Positions 45,608-56,334 of a DNA stretch of 64,000 bases are shown here, one piece after another (within the stretch, counting starts at the first letter, position 1; every line of letters begins with the position of its first letter). The notes under the pieces are model-generated. The model searched no databases. It worked only from the letters and a program-made list of their open reading frames with translations, and was not told the origin of the DNA. The translations under genes were made by a program, and so were the position numbers. Source of the DNA: Azolla caroliniana (taxonomy: Eukaryota; Plantae; Polypodiophyta); contig JBHGNT010000020.1 of assembly GCA_043228905.1 (NCBI GenBank), forward strand, positions 2,604,001-2,668,000, read 5' to 3'.

Positions 45608-46299
45608 GGCATATGATGCTACTATAAATAAATACCCAAAAATTCCAAAGATTTTCTTCTTACTTAATTTGACATAGAATTAGAGCAACAAATTCAAAAG
45701 TTATTTCCTTCTTATTTCTGATTTTCATTTAATTTGTGTTTGGTTTGGAGTGAAATTTTGAACAAAATAATTTCAGGTGTTCTTTCTGTGATTGGGAATC
45801 AGGGTTAGAATTAGAATAACAAGCTCAAGCATTTGTCGGCGGTATTTAAGTCGAAATCAGAACCAAAAATAGAAGTAGAATCAGAACCCAAATAGAGGAA
45901 GAATCAGAATCAGGTTTAGGATGGAGAAAACAGGCGCCCTAACCTGCAGGGAAGCTGGGTGCTGAAGGAAGGAGAGTGCTAGTAAACAATAGAAAAGGAG
46001 CAGAAGGAGACCCTCTGAGAAGTAGTGGAGACAACATCATGTTTTCTTTAATTATGGGGATGCCCTCTCATTCATTCAGAGGGAAGAACATACACAAAAA
46101 ACTTGTTCTACTTTCTCCAAGTTACCACCATTATAATTTTTTACCCCAAAACCTTGTAAACCCTATTTCATGTAAACCCAATTTCTTTCATAATCTAGCG
46201 TTTTCAGGCCTACCAAGTGGCCATTTCCGACTTAATATTGTGAAATCCCTTCGTAATCTCATGTTGTTTGGGCTAATTGCATACTTCATTCTTCTACGA

Positions 46300-46552
46300 G
46301 CTTCCGACTCTGGGGAGCCTTTGACTATAATGGGTTTTCAAGTCTAGTGATCTTTCAACTCTTAGGGGCCTTTGATTCTAGGGAGCCATCGACTATAACG
46401 AGGCTTCAAGAATAGCGACCTTTCGACTCAGACAAGCCTTCGAGTGTAGCAAACTTTCGACTTTGACAAGCCTTCGAGTCACCCATCCTCTCCGGTTCAA
46501 GTCCCTGGTGGTTCTGCTCAAATTTGACACGCACGCACGTAACTTCACGACA
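46300..46552 (+). mobile_element. 3' (U5) end of an old LTR of the 4-bp-TSD family; left boundary not resolved
   Basis: CGGTTCAAGTCCCTGGTGGTTCTGCT...ACACGCACGCACGTAACTTCACGACA matches family U5; flank CCGA. Confidence 0.6.
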
Positions 46553-47269
46553 CCGATGTGGGATTTGGAAGTGTTTGGGGCGATGCCAATAAGTTATTGT
46601 GAGACATCGATCGTCGCTCCTCGTCTTGTACCAATTTGTTGCTTCCGACTTATGGATCCTACGCCTTCTTCGTTGGTTGATTTCGATGCACCTAAACCAA
46701 TGGCATTCCAGTCGAATGATCCTAACTCTTGCTTGAGCCATTCAATAACCTCCTCGATTGTTTGTATTCTAGAATTCCATGATTCCATGTTAGATGTTTT
46801 AGGGTTTTGTCTCCATGGCTAGTTCTGCCTCTGTTTCTGTGATATCATTCGTTCGCTTTTGGGCCACATGATCTATAAATGGCAACGAACCACATAGGGA
46901 TGGCATATGCCTCTCAATGATCATCCGAATTCCGAATAAATGCTTACATCTACTTGCAAGGTCTTCACAATCACAATATGCGCATTAGAGCCAGACATTA
47001 GACCATGGAGTGGGAATCATCATCCTCAATATTCTAAACCAATATCATGCCTCATCCATAATATGCACTTTGTTGGATCAGTCACATAGCTTTCGAGTAT
47101 CTTCTCGACCTCTTTAAGTCTTGACCTTTGATCCGTACAATTTGCACTGGCTCAAATCTCACTCTCACATATTTCTTGGCATTGCATGTACTATTCTATG
47201 ACGGTCACATATTTCTTGTCAACTGTTGGTTTCATAGTCCCTGATTAAGATATGCACAATATAGGTCAC

Positions 47270-49692
47270 ATTAAGAATTGACGGAGCTGCCAAAAGGAAA
47301 GAGAGCGCTCCGGAAAAAGTGGGTGTTCAAGCTTAAATTGAGAGACATCGGAAATCCACCAAGGTAGTGAAGGGGTTTCAATAGAAGAAAGGTGTAGATT
47401 TCGATGAGATCTTTGCCTTGGTAGTAAAGATGACATCCATCCGAACTATGTTGAGCACTGCGGCAAGCATGGACCCCGAGGTAGAGCAATTAGACGTCAA
47501 GACGGCGTTCCTACATGGAGACCTCGAAGAAGAGATCTACATCAACAGTCGGAAGGTTTTGTCAAGAAAGTAAAGGAGAACCTAGTCTACCAGTTGAAGA
47601 AGAGCTTGTACAGACTGAAGGAAGCTCCCCGACAATAGTACCGGAAGTTCTACTCCTTCATGACCGACCAAGGATACCACAAGACGCAAGTCGACCAATG
47701 TTGTTCGTGAAGAATATCAACGGAGGTGACTTCCTGATACTCCTATTGTATGTGGATGACATGTTGATCATCGGACAAGACCAAATCAAAATCGGGAATC
47801 TGAAGAAGGCCTTGAACCGAACATTCTCAATAAAAGATTTGGGTCCGGCGAGACAGATATTGGGGATGCACATAGTCTGGGACCGGACAAAGAAGCTATT
47901 GTGGTTGTCACGAGAGAAGTACGTGACAAAGGTGCTCCAACGATTCAGCATGGTGGATGCGAAGCCGGTCGGATCGACACTCCCGACAAACTGGAAATTG
48001 TCCGGAAGACAAAGTCCGAAGAAAAAGGCAAAGAAGTTGGAAATGATGAAGATATTGTATGCCTCTGCAGCCGAAAGCCTCATGTATGCAATGGTGTGTA
48101 CCCGGTGTTACTCCTTAGGGCCGGACAATAGCCTAACACAGGGTGTCTACATAAGACACTTCATCAAAGGGTGTTACGGTGAAACAGAGTTAGACCGATG
48201 ATTAATCAAACCTTAATCAGTTACTTAAGCAATATCTCCTTAATCTTAATACACGCGTAAGATAGAAAGTAATTAGCGTAGAACGGTAATCAATACAAAG
48301 AGATAAGAAAATAGAGCTTTAATAATTATCCGTTGTCATTTACAATGTAACCGGGCCTCTTTATAGATCACCGGCTTTGCCTACAAAACGGTGCCAACCG
48401 ACACACTAATATGAACCGGTCCGGATCCGGATCGGCATACCGATTCCGGTCTGTCCGTTCACTTCTCTAAAATCTACTTAATTACTTAATATCCTAATAA
48501 CAACTTCCGATTATTTCTGCCCTTTCCTATTCTGGATTGTCCTCCACTCCTTGCCGGTTGGCTAACACCCGGCCGGATATTGGATATGTTGTCGGAGTGG
48601 TCAACCGGTTCATGAGCAATCCGGGAAGAGAGCATTGGACCGCAGTCAAGTGGATACTCTAGTACTTGAAAGGCACCTCGAGTATGTGCTTCTGATTCGG
48701 CTCCGGTAAACCCTTTTTGGAAGGCTTCACTGATTCAGACATGTCGGTTGATGCGGATACCAGTCGGTCTACATCTGGATATGTCATGACATATGCAAGG
48801 GGAGGTGTATCGTGGCAGTCGAGGCTGTAGAAGTTTGTTGCTCTATCGACAACAGAAGTAGAGTACATGGCAGTTGTAGAAGCCGGTAAAGAGCTAATCT
48901 TGATGAAGGACTTCATCGGAGAGCTAGGGATCTGGTAGGAGGAATTCCGGCTTTACTACGATAGTCAAAGTGACATCCACCTCGTGAAGAACGAGGCCTA
49001 CCATTCTCAGACCAAACACATCCAAAGAAGGTATCACTGGCTCCGGGAGAAGGTAGAAGATAAAGAGTTTTTGCTGACGAAGATCTATATTGAGGAAAAC
49101 GGGTCGGACATGTTGACCAAGGTGTTGTCATCCGACAAGCTGGACGTGTGCTAGAGATGGATCAAATTGACGAGACATCGCATGTCGGAGTGAAGGGGGA
49201 GTTTGTTGGGAAATAGGTTCCTCCGGATGGGATCTGGATGAGCCGAAGGAAGGAATTGGACTAGATGGGTCTAGAAGGTATCCGGATACCAGATCGGATG
49301 GATCCAGAAGGAGTCCGGCCGAATTCGGTATGAACCAACAAATAGGAATATATTAGTAAATATGTTCAGACGTGACCGTTGAGGTCATATTTGTAAATAA
49401 CCCCAAAGTTATATAAGTATAAATATAACTAGGGCTATACTATTTTGAGTTGTATGTTGTTATCATTATTGTTGTACATAGAGAGAGAGAGAGAGAGAGA
49501 AAACTTTTCTGTTGTAACCGTCGATAGGAGAAGATAGAGCTCAAGGTCGTTGCCTCTGAGTCTCCCATTGTACCTTTCCTCTCATAGTGATAGGGTTTTC
49601 CACGTTAACATCTTGTGTCGTCTTATTCCTATTTTTTGTTTTCTTCCATTGAGTGATTAAGACTCGGTTGTGGCCGAGCACTATTTCTAACA
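47270..49692 (+). mobile_element. Element J: degenerate, 5'-truncated Copia (RT, RNase H, PPT, 3' LTR 49204-49692)
   Basis: QLDVKTAFLHG, LLYVDDML, FTDSDM, TKHI. PPT GTGAAGGGGGAG then TGTTGGG...CTAACA. Confidence 0.85.
48106..48567 (-). mobile_element. Solo LTR of the element A family in element J
   Basis: TSD CCCGG (48101-48105, 48568-48572). Removal restores MVCTRPDIGYVVG. Confidence 0.92.
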
Positions 49693-49909
49693 ATCCGACT
49701 CTCCATGTTATCAACCGTCGGCTCTCAGCCCGACCAATCGGCTACTCCTTGACTTCAACTGTTGGCTTGAACAGTCGGCTCCTCCCACATGAGGGACATA
49801 TTCCTCACACGAGGGAGAACAGTCTTAAGATTTGAGGAATTTAGAAAGTCGAAACAAACCAAACATCTAGACGACTTTCCAGTGACTTGAAGTTGTGTTT
49901 CAAGGGGCG

Positions 49910-50184
49910 TGTTGAGAATCAAACCCAACTTCCCCAATGCAATGGCTTTCACTCTACCAATGGACACGCAAGGTGTAGTGTAGGCTTGTTTTGTAAATTG
50001 TAGAAAGGGCAGTTGCTCTAAGTTAGTTTGTATTTAAACCAAGTCCTTTGTAACTAAGTTGTTGTTGGATGTAATTTTATCTCTTGCTAATATAACTTCT
50101 TCTTCTCTTTCTCACTAAGCCCTCTCTCTCTTTGTTTGTCTTACACGCACACATAGTTCCTTCCACTGCACAATATCACCTACA
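49910..50184 (+). mobile_element. Possible additional old LTR
   Basis: AAGGGGCG then TGTTGAG, TATTTAAA and a CT-rich tract; no partner LTR or TSD found. Confidence 0.3.
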
Positions 50185-50948
50185 CATTCAAATATGAGAG
50201 AGTGTGGGTAAGTGGTGTGTAAATGATAAGAGGGTTATATAGATACCCTAACGTCCTTGATTTGTAACAGTTACCCTCATGCATTTATAAACCTCACCCA
50301 TGGGACATGAAAAAGAAGAGAAGAAGTTGGCCTCTCAAAAAAATTTGTTTCACTCTTTCTTTCTTCCTCCCTCTCCCCCTCACGCTTAACCCCTTGGGAG
50401 GGCTCCCACCTATCAACAATGCACAATACTTCATCACATTGTAGATGACAGTACACACAAACTATGGGCTTACTCGATTAAGTCTAAAGATGAAGCGCTT
50501 GAAAAGGTCACAGACACACCATGCCACTGTCGTGACAGAAACTTTCGCTCGGTGGTTGACTGAAGTCGAAAATCGATCCGACTACAAGGTAAAGACTCTA
50601 CTATCGGACAATGGAGGAGAATACACCTCCAAAGCCTTCATGAAGTACCTATCTAAAAGAGGGATCTTACATCAATAGACTGTTCCCTACATCCCGATGC
50701 AAAATGATGTAGCCGAATAGATGAATCAGACCATTCAAGAACGAGTGACAATAATGCTCTAGCATGTAGGACTCAAGTTGGAATTCTGGGGAGAGGCAAT
50801 GCAGATGGTTGTATATCTAATCAATTTGTCACCCCCCTATCACCGCCCAAGGCCATCAAACTTCAAGTGCCACAGACACTATGGTTTGGTAAGTAACCGA
50901 ACTACGATCGACTTCACATATTTGGGTGCAAAGCATATGTGCACATAC

Positions 50949-51033
50949 TGTTGGAAGCAATGTCGTCTTTGCGGAAGATCAAGAAGCACTCGATTCCTGT
51001 TTATTCCCTGTGTATGAGAGATTGTAGGTCGTT

Positions 51034-51069
<36 letters not shown>

Positions 51070-54000
51070 AAAAAGACTCTTTATTTCACAAAGCAACAAT
51101 ACAACATCCAACCTTACAAAAAGGTTACAAGGTCACTATATATAGTGACCGACTTAGGGCAACTACCCTTTATGCTAATTACATAAATGGCCAAAACGGG
51201 GTAATGTGAATACGTCCATTATACACATGTATTCGACACTCCCCCGTAATGGGCGTATACATGGGTTATCTAAAATTACAGGTATAGGCTTAGGTTCTCG
51301 GACATATCAGCTTTGTTCGAGTCGGCAGGGTCCGAAGGCAGAAGACCAAACTGGTCGGGTCGGAACAGTTGAAGCCGATCATTTAGGAACTGATGTCGGT
51401 TGTCGGGAACCATCCTGCTCTGTGTCCGGCTCTAACCGGACTGGTTTGTCGTTACGCCCATCTGATGCCGAAGAGACCGAAAGCGGTCTGCCGAGAGACA
51501 CTTGGTCATTCCATCTGCGACATTGTCGGTTGTGGATATTTTCTCTAGACCGATTTTCCCTGAAATGACGCAGTCCCGAACGAAGTGATATCGAACGTCG
51601 ATATGTTTGGAGGCGTTGTGGTGAACCGGATTTTTTGACAAGGCAACAGCACCTTGACTGTCGCTGTAGACAACTGGGGCCGAGTCATGGTCGACTTGTC
51701 GAAACGTGTGCGCCAGCCGACCGAGCCACAAAGCTTCTTTTGCTGCGTCGGACGCAGCTACATATTCTGCTTCGGTCGTTGAGGTCGCTGTGCACTCCTG
51801 AAGTTTCGACTTCCACGAGATTGCTCCATTGCCGAATTTGAAGCAGTATCCGGTTGTTGATTTCCGACTGTCTATACAGCCGGCGAAGTCCGAGTCGGTG
51901 TAACCAACTACGCCTGAGGTTCGGTTCGGACCGAAAAGAATGCCATGGTCTTTTGTGCCAGCCAGATATCTGAACACATGCTTGACTGCGTTCCAATGCG
52001 ATCGGCCAGGATTGTGCATAAATCTGCTAACGACTCCTACAGCGTGAGAAATATCAGGCCGTGTCGCGACCATCAGGTACATAAGGGAGCCGACTGCCGG
52101 TGCATACGGTACCGACTTCATATCTTCCCCCTCCGGACCGGATGTCGGGCAGTCTCGCTGAGAGAGCCGAAGATTCATGGGGAGCGGGGTTGAAGCAGAT
52201 TTGGCTGATTGCATGTTGAAGCGTTCCAAGACACGTCGGATATAGTCGGTCTGAGACAAGAAAAGATGTCGTTTATCGCGATGCCGACTAATCTTCATGC
52301 CAAGGATGTGTCGTGCCGGACCGAGGTCCTTCATGGCAAACTTCAACCGCAGTTGCCGAATGAGATCGGCAAGTTCGCCCGCGTGGCGTCCAGAAATTAG
52401 CATGTCGTCCACGTAAATGATGAGGAAGATGGGTGATCCATCTTGAGCTGTGTTGGTGAAGAGACAATGGTCCTCATCGCTTTTTGAGAAGCCGATCGAT
52501 TGGATGAAGTCGTCGAACTTCTTGTACCATTGTCGCGGTGCCTGTTTGAGGCCGTATAGACTCTTCCTGAGTCGGCAGACTAGATGTTCTTGGCCAGTCG
52601 CCACGAAGCCTTTTGGCTGCTCCATATAAATTTCCTCCTCGAGATCACCATGGAGGAAGGCTGTTTTGACATCTAGCTGAATCAGCTCCAAGTTGTCGGC
52701 TGCCACTACGCCGAGTAGAAAACGGAGGGTTGTCATTTTCACCACTGGTGAGAAAATCTCGTCGAAGTCGACGCCATATTCTTGTCGGAAGCCCTTCGCA
52801 ACTAATCTGGCCTTGTACTTTGGGGTGGTCGAATCAGACGTCTCTTTTAGTCGATAGACCCACTTGCAAGGAAGGGCACGTCGGTTCCTAGGTAATTCGA
52901 CCAGATCCCAAGTCTTGTTTGCCCGAATGGAGTGCATTTCCGACTCCATCGCCAGATGCCAGGTGGCTGAATCGACAGATGTCGATGCTTCTTCGTAAGA
53001 CGTCGGTTCGCCGGCGTCGGTGAAGAAAATTCCAGGAGAATACCTCTCCGGAGGTTGCGACAGTCTCTCGGATCGTCGAGGTAAGAGTGGACTGGTCGCA
53101 TCGGGTATCAAGGTCGGATGGTCCGAAAGCGGATTGTTCTGCTGTGCCGAGTCGGGGTTGTCCGAGTCGGTAGTGTAAGGTTCAGCTACCCGTGAAGCTG
53201 ACCGTGTGTTGAGAGCGGGGCCTTCTTGAAGGGTCGGCACATCGGAAAATGTTACCCTTCGGACTTCGATCGGTTTTTCGACTGATGGATTCATAGCCGA
53301 CTCGTTGAACACAACGTCCGAACTTCGAACGATTTGTCTGCGTTCGGGGTCCCAGAGTCGGTATCCCATTTCGCCGTCGGATCCATATCCAAGGAAAATG
53401 CATTTCCTGGACCGAGGTGCAAGTTTTCGGCGATCATCTTTCGGAATAAGGGCGTACGCCTCGCATCCGAAGATCCTCAGCTTGTCGTAATTCGGCTTAC
53501 TGCCGATCCATAGTTCCTGAGGAATTTGAAGTCCTAGAGGTCTACTTGGCGACATATTGATTATGTGTACTGCCGTGAGTAGAGCCTCTGCCCAGAAGCC
53601 ATCCGACAGTCCGGAGTGTTGGAGCATGGAAACTATCCGTTCTTGGATTGTCCGATTCATTCGTTCTGCAATCCCGTTTTGCTCCGGACTGTGTGGTGCC
53701 GTAAATTCACGTCGGATGCCGCGTTGTCGGCAGAATTTGACGAATTCTTCGGATTTAAACTCTCCCCCATTGTCTGTCCGAAAGCATTTCAGCTTTCGGT
53801 CGGTTTGATTTTCCACCATAGCGAGCCAATCGGTGAAGATCGAGAAGACCCGATCTTTGGTGCGAATTGGATAAGCCCACACCTTTCGAGTCGAATCGTC
53901 AATAAAAGTGACGAAGTAAGAGGCACCGCCGAGAGACTGATGCGGCATTGGGCCACAGACGTCCGAGTGGACCAAATCAAGAGGTCTCGTTTCTCTTGGT

Positions 54001-56129
54001 GCTGATGTCGGGTGTGATGCGGCTGCTTGTTTGCCATACTGGCAATGCTCGCAGAATTGATGGTCGGAGAAGGAGAGTTTGGGGATGTATCCGGCTCTAG
54101 ATAGGTGCGTGATGCCGGCCTTGCTGAGGTGTCCTAATCTTCGGTGCCATAGTGATGACACAGGAATATCCACCAAAAACAGGTTACCCTCTCTGAGCGT
54201 AACATGTAACGGATACAGTGAGTGTATCTTGGGTCCTCTAGCAAGCAGGAGGTTCCCCCTGTGGAGTGTCCACCCTCCCGAAGAAAAACCGGCACGAATG
54301 CCGTCTTCATCTAGTTGTCCGACTGAGATCAATGGCCTTGTGAGCTCGGGTACATGTCGGACATTGTGGAGTACAAGTGTAGAGCCACCTGCAAGGTTGA
54401 GCTCTACTGTGCCGATTCCGATGATGTCACAGTGTTGCGAGTTGCCGACCCGAACTGAGTCGGAGTGACGGATCGTATATTGCCGAAATTGGGATCGATG
54501 AGGAGTCACGTGAAATGACGCGCCCGAATCTAAGAGCCATGTGCTCGATTCTTCAGTCGTGAGTAGAACTTCTGATCCGACTGGATTTTCGATTGATAGT
54601 ATATTCGGGTCGTCCGGTAGTACATCCGCTGAGAAGCCGACGTAATTGATCTCCTCATGCCGGCCACTCTTCTTGTTGTTCTTGTTCTTGAGTGTGCGGC
54701 AGTCGGCTTTAATGTGTCCGGGTTTCTTGCAATAGTTGCAGATTCGGTTATCCCGTGACTGGCTCCGTCTTCGCTGATTGTTGGGCGGCCGTGAGGAATC
54801 TCTTCCTCGTATGTTCGATCGGTCTGTCGAACCTTGTACTACATAAGCGTCGTCTGTTGAGTCTTTGGCGAAAGACTTTCTCCGAGCTGCTTCGGTGAGG
54901 ATTGCGCTCGTGACTTCGGAGTACTTAACAGCCGTGGTTGACGCGTTGCACACGGTTGTGACGAAAGTTTCCCATGATGAGGGAAGGCTGCTCATGAGTA
55001 TCATTGCTCTGAGTTCATCCTCGATTGCCGTCCCCTGTGACGAGATTTGGGAGCTTATGCTTTCGTACTCATTGAGATGTGCTTGGACCGAATCGGATTC
55101 TTTCATCCGCAAGTTGTAGAGGCGCCGGATCAGAAACATCTTTGTTGCGGCGACCTTCTTTTCGTAGGTGTCCGACAGTGTTTTCCACAGTTCAAATGCT
55201 GTCGTACACGATTGCACCGTAAAGTATACCGATTCCGATAGGTGCATCCGAATCGTGGCGCGGACGATTCTGTCCAGCTTCTGCCACTCAATTGGTTTGT
55301 ATCCTTCTGGAGGTTCTTCATTTTCGATGGGATCGATTTGCCCCTTGACTATGAGATAGTCCTGCATTTGTTCCTTCCAGAAGTTGAAGTTCGATCCATC
55401 GAACTTTCGTAGACTCATTTCTGACGAGCCGGATGTTGATGCCATCAAATTCGGTTTCGGTTGACGAAGCTCGGTTCGGAGTTGACTACGAACCTTGTTG
55501 GAGTGCAGCCGGTTGGCTCACCCGATATCGTTCTAGTCGGATTTGAACCCGAGTCGGTTCGGCTTCGGATATATATATATTGTTGAACTTGCTCGAGTTG
55601 ACTCCGGTAACTTGAGGGACAGAACCGACTGGTCTTCCCGAATGTTGCCGAGTCGGAGTGAGCCCGGTTCGCTTCGGATATATATGCCGAATACCGATTA
55701 TTGAAACCGATTATCTGGACCGATTCGGCTTCGGGTGACTGCAGCGACGAGAGAGACGGATCCGACTGATCCTCCCGAATGTCGATCAGCCGGATGAAGC
55801 GCGAATTTGGGTTGTTGTCAAAGTTGCACAAGGGGATTTCACCTCGAGCGGTTACGATCACAAGGAACGGAGTACGATCTGATGGCTTACTCCAAGCAAG
55901 ATGATCTAACGCGATGAGATGCAAACCTGGTTTTTTTTTTTTCTTCTTCTTCTCTCTTCTTCGAATGACGCAGGAAACCGAATGCAGAGACGACGGCCGA
56001 CAGCGGATTGAAGGACCGACTACTGTGCAGGCTCTGATACCAGATGTTGGAAGCAATGTCGTCTTTGCGGAAGATCAAGAAGCACTCGATTCCTGTTTAT
56101 TCCCTGTGTATGAGAGATTGTAGGTCGTT

Positions 56130-56165
<36 letters not shown>

Positions 56166-56334
56166 AAAAAGACTCTTTATTTCACAAAGCAACAATACAA
56201 CATCCAACCTTACAAAAAGGTTACAAGGTCACTATATATAGTGACCGACTTAGGGCAACTACCCTTTATGCTAATTACATAAATGGCCAAAACGGGGTAA
56301 TGTGAATACGTCCATTATACACATGTATTCGACA
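50949..56334 (-). mobile_element. Element H: intact Ty1/Copia (Tnt1/Tork-like)
   Basis: 290-bp LTRs 50949-51238 and 56045-56334. TSD CATAC (50944-50948, 56335-56339). tRNA-iMet PBS TGGTATCAGAGC at 56031-56042. PPT adjacent to 51239. Confidence 0.97.
51432..55445 (-). CDS. Copia Gag-Pol polyprotein, uninterrupted (ATG at 55445, 1337 aa)
   Basis: CNYCKKPGHIKADC, WLLDSGAS, HRRLGH...CEHC, integrase D-D-E (SDVCGP, TDNGGEF, NGIAER), YVDDML, TDSDFAG, KHIDVRYHF. Confidence 0.97.
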   Translation of the reverse strand: MASTSGSSEMSLRKFDGSNFNFWKEQMQDYLIVKGQIDPIENEEPPEGYKPIEWQKLDRIVRATIRMHLSESVYFTVQSCTTAFELWKTLSDTYEKKVAATKMFLIRRLYNLRMKESDSVQAHLNEYESISSQISSQGTAIEDELRAMILMSSLPSSWETFVTTVCNASTTAVKYSEVTSAILTEAARRKSFAKDSTDDAYVVQGSTDRSNIRGRDSSRPPNNQRRRSQSRDNRICNYCKKPGHIKADCRTLKNKNNKKSGRHEEINYVGFSADVLPDDPNILSIENPVGSEVLLTTEESSTWLLDSGASFHVTPHRSQFRQYTIRHSDSVRVGNSQHCDIIGIGTVELNLAGGSTLVLHNVRHVPELTRPLISVGQLDEDGIRAGFSSGGWTLHRGNLLLARGPKIHSLYPLHVTLREGNLFLVDIPVSSLWHRRLGHLSKAGITHLSRAGYIPKLSFSDHQFCEHCQYGKQAAASHPTSAPRETRPLDLVHSDVCGPMPHQSLGGASYFVTFIDDSTRKVWAYPIRTKDRVFSIFTDWLAMVENQTDRKLKCFRTDNGGEFKSEEFVKFCRQRGIRREFTAPHSPEQNGIAERMNRTIQERIVSMLQHSGLSDGFWAEALLTAVHIINMSPSRPLGLQIPQELWIGSKPNYDKLRIFGCEAYALIPKDDRRKLAPRSRKCIFLGYGSDGEMGYRLWDPERRQIVRSSDVVFNESAMNPSVEKPIEVRRVTFSDVPTLQEGPALNTRSASRVAEPYTTDSDNPDSAQQNNPLSDHPTLIPDATSPLLPRRSERLSQPPERYSPGIFFTDAGEPTSYEEASTSVDSATWHLAMESEMHSIRANKTWDLVELPRNRRALPCKWVYRLKETSDSTTPKYKARLVAKGFRQEYGVDFDEIFSPVVKMTTLRFLLGVVAADNLELIQLDVKTAFLHGDLEEEIYMEQPKGFVATGQEHLVCRLRKSLYGLKQAPRQWYKKFDDFIQSIGFSKSDEDHCLFTNTAQDGSPIFLIIYVDDMLISGRHAGELADLIRQLRLKFAMKDLGPARHILGMKISRHRDKRHLFLSQTDYIRRVLERFNMQSAKSASTPLPMNLRLSQRDCPTSGPEGEDMKSVPYAPAVGSLMYLMVATRPDISHAVGVVSRFMHNPGRSHWNAVKHVFRYLAGTKDHGILFGPNRTSGVVGYTDSDFAGCIDSRKSTTGYCFKFGNGAISWKSKLQECTATSTTEAEYVAASDAAKEALWLGRLAHTFRQVDHDSAPVVYSDSQGAVALSKNPVHHNASKHIDVRYHFVRDCVISGKIGLEKISTTDNVADGMTKCLSADRFRSLRHQMGVTTNQSG

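Noticed and set aside
46594-46788. Short minus-strand ORF, possible gag N-terminus
   Set aside because: Too short and decayed to assign.
55445-56056. 203-aa ORF upstream of Copia gag
   Set aside because: Non-ATG start inside the LTR, runs through PBS and leader, no domain features.
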